NCBI GenBank assembly: GCA_944327845.1
Contig: CALVHN010000004.1
Span: 22,836-86,835 of the forward strand
Reading direction: 5' to 3'
Length of the DNA stretch: 64,000 nucleotides
Origin: an uncultured Bacilli bacterium
Lineage (GTDB): Bacteria > Bacillota_I > Bacilli_A > RFN20 > CAG-826
Within the stretch, counting starts at the first letter, position 1, and each line of letters opens with the position of its first letter. The position numbers and the translations under genes are program-made. Of this stretch, positions 28,148 through 38,146 are shown piece by piece. A model generated the notes under the pieces. It made no database searches. It was not told where the DNA came from and was given only the letters and a program-made list of their open reading frames with translations.

Positions 28148-31000
28148 ATGGCAAATAAAAATAAAAATAATGCCACTTTAACAGAAAAAGAAGTAAAAGA
28201 AAAAGTAGCTTTTGAAACTTTAACTATCTCTCAAACTGAAGAAGCATTGCAAACAAATGTTAAAACAGGTTTAAGTGAAGCTGAAGCTCAAGCACGTCTT
28301 GAAAAGTATGGTAAAAATGCTTTACAAGAAAAGAAAAAGAAAACTTGGTTTAGAATTTTCTTAGAACAAATGAATAACCCAATGATTTTCGTATTATTTG
28401 CTGCAATTATTGTTACATTAGGAATCTCTATTTTTGAAACAATAAACGCTGCTAATGCTGGATGGATTGGAGAAAATGGTCAAGTGATAACCAATGCATT
28501 TTTAGAAGTTGGCGATTGGCCTGATGTTATTATTATTCTTGCAGTTATCCTTTTAAATGCGGTTATTGGTACTGTTCAAGAAGTTAAAGCTCAAAATTCT
28601 CTTGAAGCTTTAAAGAAATTATCATCCCCTGAATCTACTGTAATTCGTGATGGAAAAAGAATGAAAATTAAATCTTCAGATTTAGTTATAGGTGATGTAA
28701 TTGTTTTAGAAGAGGGCGATACCATTGGTGCTGACATTCGTCTTATTGAAACAATTAATCTTAAAGCTAATGAATCTAGTTTAACTGGTGAATCAGTTCC
28801 AGTTGAAAAGAATTGTGATTTAGTATTTTCTAAAAAAGCTCCAATTGGAGATCGAGTTAATATGGCTTATATGTCTACTCCAGTTACATATGGTCGTGGT
28901 AAAGGTATTGTTACTTCAACTGGTATGGATACTGAGATTGGTACTATAGCTCACGCTTTAGATAGTGAAGAAGAACAAGAGACTCCTTTACAAAAAAACC
29001 TTGCTAAACTCTCAAAATTATTAGGAATTTTAGCTTTAGGTATTGTTATTTTAGTTTTAATTGCTGATATTATTTGGATTTTCGTTGATGGCAATGCTAG
29101 TAAAATCGACACATGGCTTGATGCAGTAATTTCGGCAATTGCTTTAGCAGTTGCGGCAATTCCTGAAGGTTTACCAGCTGTTGTTACTATAGTTTTAGCA
29201 ATTGGTGTTAGAAGAATGGTTAAAGCTAATACTGTTGTTAGAAAATTAAATAGCGTTGAAACTTTAGGTGCAGTAAGTATTGTTTGTTCTGATAAAACAG
29301 GTACTTTAACTCAAAATAAAATGACTGTTGTTGAAGCTTATGTTGATGATACCTATTTTACTAGTGAAGAATTTAATATAAATCAAGAAAATGAAGATAT
29401 AAAACTTTTAGCTAAAGGTATGTCTTTATGTTCAAATGCAACAGTTGATGAAGGATTATATGGTGATCCTACTGAAATTGCTTTAGTTGTTTTTGGAAAT
29501 CAATTTGAATTAAATAAGAGTAAGATTGAAGAAATTACTCCAAGGATTGATGAATTACCTTTTGATAGTGTTAGAAAGATGATGTCGACAAAACATAGAA
29601 TTAACGACAATGAAACTATCACTTATACAAAAGGAGCACTTGATAGTATTTTAAAACGTACTACTAAAATATTAATTAAGGGTGAAGTTAGAGACATTAC
29701 TCAAGAAGATATTGATAGCATCTATAAAGCTAATACATATTTCTCTAATAAAGCTTTAAGAGTTCTTGCATTAGCTTATAACAATAAAGATAAAATTGAT
29801 GAAAATGATCTTGTTTTTGTTGGTTTAACGGCAATGATTGATCCTGCTAGACCTGAAGCAAAACCAGCTGTAGCTAAATTTAAAGTTGCTGGTATTACAA
29901 CTATTATGATTACTGGTGATCATAAAGATACAGCATTTTCTATTGCTAAAGATTTAGGTATTGCTAGTGATCCATCTCAATGTGTAATGGGTGAAGAAAT
30001 TGATGGATTAAGTGAAAGTGAATTGCAAGAATTATGTAAAACTGTAAGAGTTTTCGCCCGTGTTTCTCCTGAAAATAAAGTTTCTATTGTTAAAGCTTTT
30101 GAAGCTAATGGAAATATCTGCGCTATGACTGGAGATGGAGTTAATGATGCTCCAAGTTTAAAGGCTGCTGATATTGGAATTGCTATGGGTATTACTGGAA
30201 CTGATGTTGCAAAAGGTGCAGCAGATATGGTTTTAACTGATGATAATTTTGCTAGTATTGAAAAAGCAGTTGAAGAAGGTAGAGGAATTTATGCCAATAT
30301 CAAAAAGACTGTTGTTTTCTTACTTTCAAGTAATATTGCTGAAATCCTTACAATGTTTATTATCATTTGTATCGGTTTCCCAACACCATTTATTGCTATT
30401 CACTTATTATGGGTTAATTTAATTACTGACTCTCTTCCAGCAATTGCTCTTGGTATGGATCCTAAAGATCCTAAAATTATGGAAGAAAAACCTCGTAATC
30501 CAAAAGATGGTATTTTAGCTAATGGTGGATTTAAAAATACTTTCTTATTTGGCGCTGTGATTACAGTTGCAGTTTTAATTGCTTATTTTGTTGCAGCACT
30601 TGTTTCTCCAGAATTCTGGGGAGAATATTCTCAACAAGGTTTCCTTGGAATTAAAGCTTTCTATGAATCTCATCCACTTGAACTTCATCAAGCTCAAACT
30701 ATGGCATTCACTACCTTAGCTGTTTCTGAATTATTCCATATGGTTGGTATGTCTAATCTTGATCGTTCATTTATCCATGTATTTAAGAATAAGAATTGGA
30801 TGATGCTTGTGGCTTTTGCTACAGGTTTAGTCTTACAATTATTTGTTATCATGACTCCTGGTGTTCAAGAAGTATTCTCAACTACTTCATTAACATGGCT
30901 TGAATGGATAATTACTTGTGTATTAGCTGTATTACCTTTAATTGCTCATGAAATTTATGTTTTAGTGAAGTGGATTATAAAGAAAAAAAGAGTTCAATAA
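28148..31000 (+). CDS. P2A-type cation (Ca2+/Mn2+) translocating P-type ATPase
   Basis: TGES, IPEGLP, DKTGTLT, KGA, MITGD and TGDGVNDAP; about 10 TMs. Confidence 0.95.
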   Translation: MANKNKNNATLTEKEVKEKVAFETLTISQTEEALQTNVKTGLSEAEAQARLEKYGKNALQEKKKKTWFRIFLEQMNNPMIFVLFAAIIVTLGISIFETINAANAGWIGENGQVITNAFLEVGDWPDVIIILAVILLNAVIGTVQEVKAQNSLEALKKLSSPESTVIRDGKRMKIKSSDLVIGDVIVLEEGDTIGADIRLIETINLKANESSLTGESVPVEKNCDLVFSKKAPIGDRVNMAYMSTPVTYGRGKGIVTSTGMDTEIGTIAHALDSEEEQETPLQKNLAKLSKLLGILALGIVILVLIADIIWIFVDGNASKIDTWLDAVISAIALAVAAIPEGLPAVVTIVLAIGVRRMVKANTVVRKLNSVETLGAVSIVCSDKTGTLTQNKMTVVEAYVDDTYFTSEEFNINQENEDIKLLAKGMSLCSNATVDEGLYGDPTEIALVVFGNQFELNKSKIEEITPRIDELPFDSVRKMMSTKHRINDNETITYTKGALDSILKRTTKILIKGEVRDITQEDIDSIYKANTYFSNKALRVLALAYNNKDKIDENDLVFVGLTAMIDPARPEAKPAVAKFKVAGITTIMITGDHKDTAFSIAKDLGIASDPSQCVMGEEIDGLSESELQELCKTVRVFARVSPENKVSIVKAFEANGNICAMTGDGVNDAPSLKAADIGIAMGITGTDVAKGAADMVLTDDNFASIEKAVEEGRGIYANIKKTVVFLLSSNIAEILTMFIIICIGFPTPFIAIHLLWVNLITDSLPAIALGMDPKDPKIMEEKPRNPKDGILANGGFKNTFLFGAVITVAVLIAYFVAALVSPEFWGEYSQQGFLGIKAFYESHPLELHQAQTMAFTTLAVSELFHMVGMSNLDRSFIHVFKNKNWMMLVAFATGLVLQLFVIMTPGVQEVFSTTSLTWLEWIITCVLAVLPLIAHEIYVLVKWIIKKKRVQ

Positions 31001-31036
31001 TTTAGTAATTTAATTAAAAAGTGTTTTTAAAATTAT

Positions 31037-31060
31037 GCTCCTTCATTTGAAGGAGCTTTT
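31037..31060 (+). terminator. intrinsic terminator between convergent genes
   Basis: GCTCCTTCA/TGAAGGAGC stem plus TTTT. Confidence 0.8.
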
Positions 31061-31120
31061 ATTATTTAATTTAAGAATGAAGTAGTGGCAGTGTAATTTT
31101 TGGTTAATTTTTAAATAAGT

Positions 31121-31834
31121 CTATTCTAAACTTATCTCTTCTTTAACATCTTCATTTTTACTAAATAAAGTAAAGCTATAAAGGATTAAAAGTAGAATAA
31201 CTATTAATAATATAAAGAAATTAACGTATTCAATATCAATAAAGAATTTATATGGAAGATAAAAAGCAATAATACCAATAATAAAACATAAAACAATTAA
31301 TAATGTTTCAGAAGCAATACATAAACATTTTCTATCTTTATTTTTAATAGCTAAAAAATAATTCGCACTAATTTGTTTAATCATCGCAGTAATCATAGTA
31401 GTAGTTGAAGGATGATTATTAATAGTTGAAAAGATATGAGATTGCATTGCACCAAATAATGCTAAACATATAACACTAAATATATTTAAAGGATCAAGTA
31501 TTTCTAAATGAGGATCAATAACTAAAGTAGGTATTAATAATATAATCATTAAAGGAAAAACAATATGTTCATAATTAAATTTAAATTTATGACCAATAAC
31601 AAAAATAACTTCGCTTAAAATAACTCCTAAAATAAAAGAAATAAGAATAATAAATCTAAATAAAGCTAAAGAATAATTATTATCAATTAAATCAGTAAAT
31701 AAATTCATCAAATTACCAGTTTGCATACCAGTAAAAGCACCTCTAACTGATAAAGAATATAATTCTAAGAATCCACCAATAAATCCAAGAATTAATCCCT
31801 TAATTAAATCTAAATTAAAATACTCTTTTTTCAT
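31121..31834 (-). CDS. YoaK/DUF1275 family membrane protein
   Basis: GGFLELYS....GAFTGMQTGN, GAMQ...F and TTTMIT; about 6-7 TMs; SD GAGG. Confidence 0.85.
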   Translation of the reverse strand: MKKEYFNLDLIKGLILGFIGGFLELYSLSVRGAFTGMQTGNLMNLFTDLIDNNYSLALFRFIILISFILGVILSEVIFVIGHKFKFNYEHIVFPLMIILLIPTLVIDPHLEILDPLNIFSVICLALFGAMQSHIFSTINNHPSTTTMITAMIKQISANYFLAIKNKDRKCLCIASETLLIVLCFIIGIIAFYLPYKFFIDIEYVNFFILLIVILLLILYSFTLFSKNEDVKEEISLE

Positions 31835-31847
31835 AAAATATCCTCGT

Positions 31848-31860
31848 TTTGCAGGCTTTT
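31848..31860 (+). repeat. near copy of dispersed motif TTWGCAAGGHTTTT
   Basis: TTTGCA-GGCTTTT (one base shorter). Confidence 0.35.
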
Positions 31861-32039
31861 TAAAAATTTAATGAAGTATTTAGTAATAAATATAATCTAA
31901 AATACACAATATTATATAATAAATACATTCTTGATATAAACTACATTATTTTTAAAATACATTATTTTTTAGTTAGGTCTTTAAAGTATTTAATGATATT
32001 AGATATAATTTATTAGAATTTCTTAAGTAGGAGAAAAAT

Positions 32040-33659
32040 ATGATTAAAAGTAAAGATTGGATTAAAGATTTAGTTGTTTATCAAATTTACCCAAGAAGTT
32101 TTAAAGATTCTAATAATGATGGAATCGGAGATATTAAAGGAATAATTGAAAAATTAGATTATCTTGAATATTTAGGGATAAATGCAATATGGTTATCACC
32201 AATTTATAAATCTCCAATGATTGATAATGGCTATGATATTGAAGATTATTATGCTATTAATGAAGAATTTGGAACAATGGAAGATTTTGACAATTTATTA
32301 AGCGAAGCTAAAAAAAGAAATATCATAATTATTATGGATCTTGTTTTAAATCATACATCTAATAAACATCAATGGTTTATTGAAGCTTCTAAAAGTAAGA
32401 ATAATAAATATTCTAATTATTATATCTTTAAAGATGGGAAGAATAATAAAGAACCTAATAATTGGGGTTCAACTTTTGGAGGAAGTGCTCGGACATATGT
32501 AAAAGAAAGAGATCAATACTATCTCCATCTATTTGCTAAAGAACAGCCTGATTTAAATTGGAGCAATGTTGAAGTTAGAGAAGAAATATATAAAATGATT
32601 AACTTTTGGATTGATAAGGGCGTTAAAGGATTTAGAGTCGATGCAATAAGCTATTTAGATAAAACAAAAGAAATGTTAGATGCTCCATATCCTTTAAATA
32701 ATGAAGGATATTCTCCATGCAAAGCTTTTATTGCTGGAAATGAAACAACCCATAACTATATCAAAGAATTAGGAAATATCTTTAATTCAAGAAATATTTT
32801 TTCAGTAGGAGAATGTTTTATTCAAAGTGATGAAGATTTTAAAAAATATGTATTAACTGAATCTAATGAATTTGATATGGCTATTCCTTTTATTCCACCT
32901 GTTGTAGAAATTAAAAATATTTCTCCAAATTATTTAAAAAATACTTTTAAACATCGATATGAAATATTGAAAAATGGTGGCTGGCGGGCTAATTTCTTAT
33001 CAAATCATGATAAGCCAAGACAAATTTCTTTGTATGGTAATGATTCAATTGAATCTGGTAAGATGCTAGCAACTTTACTTCATACTCTTCCTGGAACACC
33101 TTTTGTTTATCAAGGCGAAGAGATTGGAATGACAAATGTTTATTATGATAGTATTGATGAATATAACGATCTTGATACAAAAAATTATTATTCTTATTTA
33201 TTAAAATCTAATAAATCAAAGGAAGAAGCTTTAAAAGAAATTCACCTTACTTCAAGAGATAATGCTCGTTCTCCTATGCAATGGGACAATAGTGAATTTA
33301 GTGGATTTTCTAAAGTTAAACCTTGGTTAAATGTTAATCCTAATTACTTAAAGATTAATGTTAAAAGTGAATTAAATAATCCTAATTCTATTTTTAATTA
33401 TTATAAAAAGTTAATTTCTTTAAGAAAAAATAACGATATTTTAAAATATGGGGATTTAGAGTTTATCGATTCAAGTGATGGAACAATAGTTTATTTAAGA
33501 AAATATAAAGAAATTAAATGGTTAGTTGTTCTCTCTTTTTTAGATAAAGAAATTGATTTTAAAATCGATTATAAAATTAAAAAAGTTATTTTAGAAAACT
33601 ATCCATTAAAAGAAAATAAATTAGGTAGTTATCAAGCTTTAATTTTAGAAATTGAATAA
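32040..33659 (+). CDS. GH13 alpha-glucosidase / oligo-1,6-glucosidase (two in-frame CGG codons, probably Trp)
   Basis: YQIYPRSF.DSN.DG.GD, DNGYD, DLVLNHTS, QPDLNW, catalytic GFRVDA, VGE and NHD, YQGEEIGM, RDNARSPMQW. Confidence 0.95.
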   Translation: MIKSKDWIKDLVVYQIYPRSFKDSNNDGIGDIKGIIEKLDYLEYLGINAIWLSPIYKSPMIDNGYDIEDYYAINEEFGTMEDFDNLLSEAKKRNIIIIMDLVLNHTSNKHQWFIEASKSKNNKYSNYYIFKDGKNNKEPNNWGSTFGGSARTYVKERDQYYLHLFAKEQPDLNWSNVEVREEIYKMINFWIDKGVKGFRVDAISYLDKTKEMLDAPYPLNNEGYSPCKAFIAGNETTHNYIKELGNIFNSRNIFSVGECFIQSDEDFKKYVLTESNEFDMAIPFIPPVVEIKNISPNYLKNTFKHRYEILKNGGWRANFLSNHDKPRQISLYGNDSIESGKMLATLLHTLPGTPFVYQGEEIGMTNVYYDSIDEYNDLDTKNYYSYLLKSNKSKEEALKEIHLTSRDNARSPMQWDNSEFSGFSKVKPWLNVNPNYLKINVKSELNNPNSIFNYYKKLISLRKNNDILKYGDLEFIDSSDGTIVYLRKYKEIKWLVVLSFLDKEIDFKIDYKIKKVILENYPLKENKLGSYQALILEIE

Positions 33660-33670
33660 AATATAAGGAT

Positions 33671-33684
33671 TTTGCAAGGATTTT
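33671..33684 (+). repeat. dispersed motif TTWGCAAGGHTTTT
   Basis: TTTGCAAGGATTTT, 11 nt after the GH13 stop. Confidence 0.5.
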
Positions 33685-33757
33685 TATATAAAAAAAAGAA
33701 TTTTAAAGATAATTTTATATAATTAAAAAAATAATAGTTCTTTTATTTAAAAAATAT

Positions 33758-33794
33758 TTCCAATAAAATCTAATTATAAATCGTATTTATGGTG
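33758..33794 (+). promoter_or_regulatory. candidate ECF-sigma promoter, copy 1
   Basis: TTCCAATAA-N12-AATCGTATTTATGGTG; same two blocks with identical spacing at 35470-35506. Confidence 0.75.
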
Positions 33795-33800
33795 TGAATA

Positions 33801-34322
33801 ATGGAAGAGAGTTTATTAAAAAGTTACGTCACGGAAATGCAAAAAGGCAATATGGAATACTTTAATGCTTTTTATGAAGAAACAAAAAAAGCTGTTTTTT
33901 ATAATATCTTCGCTTTAACCAAATCTCATGAAATAAGCGAAGATCTTTTGCATGATACTTATGTTAAATTTTTAAAAGAAATTAAAAATATTGATTTAAA
34001 TAAATCAATAGGTGGATATTTAATGATGATTTCTAAAAATATTACCTTAGATTATTTTAAAAAGAATAATCGAATCGAATTAAATGATGAAGAAAATAAA
34101 TATGTAGAAAAAGAAAATAAGAATGAATTAGATCAAAATTTATTACTTGAAAAAATTAAAGAAATTTTAAAAGAAAAAGAGTTCCAGATTTTTGTTCTTC
34201 ATGCCTTAAACGATTTAACTTTTGAAGAGATAGCTAAAATTATTAAAAGACCACTAGGAACAGTAATTTGGTCTTACAATAATTCAATTAAAAAAATTAA
34301 AAAGGAGGTGGAAATTTTATGA
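33801..34322 (+). CDS. ECF-type RNA polymerase sigma factor
   Basis: 173 aa with regions 2 and 4 only (SEDLLHDTYVK, YLMMISKN..LD, LTFEEIA..IKRPLGTV). TGA stop overlaps the next ATG. Confidence 0.92.
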   Translation: MEESLLKSYVTEMQKGNMEYFNAFYEETKKAVFYNIFALTKSHEISEDLLHDTYVKFLKEIKNIDLNKSIGGYLMMISKNITLDYFKKNNRIELNDEENKYVEKENKNELDQNLLLEKIKEILKEKEFQIFVLHALNDLTFEEIAKIIKRPLGTVIWSYNNSIKKIKKEVEIL

Positions 34323-35464
34323 AAAGAATAGATGATAAAAAGATAATTGAACAAGTAAAAAAAGAAGAATCTAATTATCAAATAAAATTAACAAGTCAAG
34401 AAATTTTAAATTCCTACTATGCTTTAAATGAAATTGAACCTCAAAAAGAAAAAGAAAATAAAAAAAGAAATAGGAAAACAATAGGTTTTTCTATTTTAGG
34501 TAGTGCTTTATTAGTTGGAGCTTTATCAGCAATTATCGTTATAATTCCTAAAAATAGTAACCATAATAATCCAAATGAAGTTAATTTTATTACCCCAAAC
34601 AGTTCTAAAACTTTAACTACTGAGCTCTTAACTTTTGCAAGTTTTAATAATGATAATATTTCTAAAGACACAAGAATTTTAAATAAAATATTTAAGTTTA
34701 GAAGGGATTTTAACTTAAATTCAAGAGAAAATTCAAATTTAAGTGAAGAAACATTAAGAAATATTGTTCAAGGATATGACAAAATAAGTTTAGGAATAAA
34801 TAATTTATTTAATTTAGAGAATAATTTAACTCATAAAGATTATGCTGAAACATTTAAATATAAAGATAAAGAATATTTATATCGAACAGATTATTTTTTA
34901 GATAATCAAATTATTTCAACATTATACTATAATGATTTATCTAGTTTTGATGATGGAGATGAATTAAATAATTATTTAAATGCTTTATATTTAGTTAATA
35001 ATAAATATTATGAAGTATATATAAATCAAGAAATAGAAAAAGAAGATAATGATGAGATCGAAAATGAAATTGAAGCAATTTTTATTGGTGAAGATGAATT
35101 TTATAAAGTAAATAAAGAAGAAGAAGTTGAAGGTAATGAAAGTGAAAATAATTTTACTTATACTCAATATGATTCAATAAACGATGCTTTTTTAGATGAT
35201 GATAATTATATTTACCAGGTTGAATATAATTATGAAGTAGAAGGAAATAAAGGGGAAATTGAACTTTCTATTGATGATAAATTAAACAATTTAGAATACC
35301 AATATCAACACATCACTAAATTAAGTGAAAATCATTATCGTTTTTATTATGAATATGAAGATGATAGTTCAGATCAAGAATTTGAAGGCTATATTGAATT
35401 AGTAATAAATATCGATAATTCCCGTACTTATAGTGCAAATGGAACAACAATAAAAATTATTTAA
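34319..35464 (+). CDS. putative transmembrane anti-sigma factor with acidic extracellular domain
   Basis: ATGA-coupled to the ECF gene; about 54-aa cytoplasmic N-terminus, single TM, Glu/Asp-rich ectodomain. Confidence 0.7.
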   Translation: MKRIDDKKIIEQVKKEESNYQIKLTSQEILNSYYALNEIEPQKEKENKKRNRKTIGFSILGSALLVGALSAIIVIIPKNSNHNNPNEVNFITPNSSKTLTTELLTFASFNNDNISKDTRILNKIFKFRRDFNLNSRENSNLSEETLRNIVQGYDKISLGINNLFNLENNLTHKDYAETFKYKDKEYLYRTDYFLDNQIISTLYYNDLSSFDDGDELNNYLNALYLVNNKYYEVYINQEIEKEDNDEIENEIEAIFIGEDEFYKVNKEEEVEGNESENNFTYTQYDSINDAFLDDDNYIYQVEYNYEVEGNKGEIELSIDDKLNNLEYQYQHITKLSENHYRFYYEYEDDSSDQEFEGYIELVINIDNSRTYSANGTTIKII

Positions 35465-35469
35465 AAAAA

Positions 35470-35506
35470 TTCCAATAATTTAAATCTCTTAATCGTATTT
35501 ATGGTG
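35470..35506 (+). promoter_or_regulatory. candidate ECF-sigma promoter, copy 2
   Basis: TTCCAATAA-N12-AATCGTATTTATGGTG, upstream of the acidic lipoprotein gene. Confidence 0.75.
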
Positions 35507-35533
35507 AAGTTAATAAAAAAGGAGATTAAGAAT

Positions 35534-36415
35534 ATGAAAAAAACAAAATTATTATTAGGATTAGTACTTGGCGTTACAGTTACTATTGGTCTTGCAAGTT
35601 GTGTTGATACTAAGTTACCAACTCACATTAATGATGGAAAATTATCAAGCAGTGAAAAATTAACAATGCAAGCTGCTACTGGTATTAAATTATTAAGTGA
35701 AACTTCATCTGTTCTAACAAATAATATGAGAATGAAAAGAAGTATGAGCGAAGATCAAATTAATGTAGTAACTAAAATTTTACCTCAACTTGATTTAATG
35801 TTTGAAAATGATAATGCTTTTATTGGCATGGTTGAAGAAGGTGAATTTAGTATTAATGAAACTAATTACCAATATAAAGAAACTATCACTTTTAAAGATA
35901 TTAATTTAGAAGACGTAAGTTATGTTATGTATTATAACGTTGATGCTAAATTTGAAGAGCATGATGATAAAGATGAAGTTGAAACATTTTCTCGAATAAG
36001 TGGTGTTGTAAGTTATGATAATGAAACCTACTTTAACTTTGTATCATTTACTGAAACTGAAACTGAAGAAGATGAATTTGAAGAAGAAAGAACATTTAGA
36101 ATCAATGTTTCTAACGAAAGCTACGTTTTAATTGAAGAATCTAAAGAACAAGAAGGTAATGAATCAGAAACTAATTTTGAGTATACTCTTGTTGAAAATA
36201 GGAAAAAAGTCTTAAATTATTCAATTGAAGTTGAATCTGAAGGACATAAAGATAGTATTGAATATGAAATAAATGACCAAGAATATGAAGTTACTAAAAG
36301 AGATGATCTTTATATAGTTAAAATTGGTGAAGATGATGATTTTAACGAAGAAGTCGGAAGATTTAAGAAAGTAATCGATGAAAATAACAATGTTACTTTC
36401 CAATATATTGTTTAA
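35534..36415 (+). CDS. acidic lipoprotein, similar to the anti-sigma ectodomain
   Basis: Start moved to ATG 35534 behind SD AAGGAG; lipobox LAS-C. EGNESETNFEY matches EGNESENNFTY of the upstream protein. Confidence 0.8.
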   Translation: MKKTKLLLGLVLGVTVTIGLASCVDTKLPTHINDGKLSSSEKLTMQAATGIKLLSETSSVLTNNMRMKRSMSEDQINVVTKILPQLDLMFENDNAFIGMVEEGEFSINETNYQYKETITFKDINLEDVSYVMYYNVDAKFEEHDDKDEVETFSRISGVVSYDNETYFNFVSFTETETEEDEFEEERTFRINVSNESYVLIEESKEQEGNESETNFEYTLVENRKKVLNYSIEVESEGHKDSIEYEINDQEYEVTKRDDLYIVKIGEDDDFNEEVGRFKKVIDENNNVTFQYIV

Positions 36416-36444
36416 ATAAAATTGGTAATCCATTATTAATTAAT

Positions 36445-36480
36445 AAGGTTAAGTTAAAAAACTTAACCTTTTCTATTTTT
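36445..36480 (+). terminator. intrinsic terminator of the ECF module
   Basis: AAGGTTAAGTT/AACTTAACCTT stem plus T-rich tail. Confidence 0.8.
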
Positions 36481-36508
36481 ATTAAGAAAAACTTTGTAAA
36501 ATAATTAT

Positions 36509-37177
36509 ATGAAAAAAATTGATGAAAATTATTTTATAAAAAAAGATAAGGTTAATTTTGAACCAACCATTGAAGAAAGTTTATACGAAAATGAAACTAT
36601 TTTATGGAAAGGAAAACCAAAAAAGAATTCATATATTTGGAATTCAATTTTAAAGTTTTTACCTTTTGCTTTGATTTGGCTAGTTTTTGATGGTTTTATG
36701 ATCGGGATGATGTGTTCTTTTACTGAAGGAATACCTCTTCCTTTATTAATCTTTTTAATATTCTTTTTCATATTTCATTTATTACCTGTTTGGATTTGGG
36801 TTAGTAATATTGTCACAGTTTCTAAAAGATTAAAAATAGAAGAATATGCTTTTACTGAACAAAGAATAATTATTAAAAGAGGATTTATTGGAGCAAATAT
36901 TGTTTCGATTAATTATTCTTCTTTAGTTAGTGTTAATTTAAGAATTGGATTAATTGAAAGAATATGTAAAGTTGGTGATATTTATCTAGTTTCTGGTGAT
37001 AAACAAAAAAATGTTTTGGAAGATATCAGCGATCCTTATTTTATTTATAATAAATTACAAAAAATTGCTAATGATATTAAAGCTGATATTTTATATCCAA
37101 ATAATTTAAGACCAGAAGAAAATAAGGGATATAAAACTAGCTATAAAGGTGATGTAAATTTTAAAGATAAGAAATGA
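36509..37177 (+). CDS. bacterial PH-domain (bPH_2-like) membrane protein
   Basis: E.ILWKGKP, two TMs, YAFTEQRIIIKRGFIG...GLIERICKVGDI. Confidence 0.85.
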   Translation: MKKIDENYFIKKDKVNFEPTIEESLYENETILWKGKPKKNSYIWNSILKFLPFALIWLVFDGFMIGMMCSFTEGIPLPLLIFLIFFFIFHLLPVWIWVSNIVTVSKRLKIEEYAFTEQRIIIKRGFIGANIVSINYSSLVSVNLRIGLIERICKVGDIYLVSGDKQKNVLEDISDPYFIYNKLQKIANDIKADILYPNNLRPEENKGYKTSYKGDVNFKDKK

Positions 37178-38081
37178 TTCTTTTTGTTAGTAGAAGAACT
37201 ATATATTAAGTTATTATCCTAAATAGTTTATAAATAGAGTTAAAGAAGGTTTTCTTGGTATAAAAAATCCTTTTAATAATAAATTAGTATTTTGAATATA
37301 TTTTAAAGATGTTGATTTAATTTTATTTTGTTTTAAAAATCCTCATTTATTTTTAATATATTTAAATGAATTAGATTCTTTATTAAATATTCCTAAAGTT
37401 TTCATATCACATTAACTCCATATAAAGAAGATATTGTGACTAGTATTGCTAAAATTAAAAAAGCGTAATTGAAGATATCAAGTATTTAGCAAAAAGATAT
37501 GGAAAAACATATGTTTTTTAAGATATGAAATATTTAAAAAATAAAAAATATAATTTAAATTATCATTTAAAAGCTTTTAGTAAATTAATTGATTTTACTC
37601 ATCATTCTATTAGTAATATAGTAATTTCTTTTATTGATTTATATAAAAATGTTAAGAAAAATAATGAAAAAATATTTAAGAATAGAAACTTTTTGCCTAA
37701 AGAAATCGATATTTTAGCTAAAGAATTTAAAAATATAACAGATAAATATAATTTAAATATTTTTACATGTTGCAAAAAAGATGAACTATTAAGATAAGAC
37801 TTTAATAAAGGAGCATATTTATTTTTCGAATATGCTTCTAAATTATTAAATATAATCGAAGTTATAAATTAAAAAGACAAACAGTAAGAAAAGAGGAAAA
37901 TATTGCATGTAATTGTGTAAAAATGTGTGATATTTGCGCTTATAATTCTTATTTATCGAAATGTCGATATTGTTATGCTAATTTTAATGAAGATAATGTA
38001 AATAATGATTATTTAATGCATGATGATTCTATTTTATTAATTGGGAAGCAAGAAAAGGATGATATTACAAAGATTAGATGA
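37174..38081 (+). pseudogene. DUF1848 family (radical-SAM-like) pseudogene
   Basis: Fragments across frames: MILFVSRRT, YYPK*FINRVKEGF..KNPF, VDLILFCFKNP, ITLTPYKEDI, ISFIDLYK, IFTCC, CNCVKMCDICAYNS..SKCRYCYAN. Multiple stops and frameshifts; ATGA overlap with the upstream gene. Confidence 0.85.
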
Positions 38082-38146
38082 AAATAATAATTATTTACTG
38101 TATTATTTTCATGTAAAACATTTAAGTCTAATAAGGAAACCTTTTT

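Noticed and set aside
37525-37797. 90-aa ORF as a real gene
   Set aside because: It is an internal fragment of the DUF1848 pseudogene.
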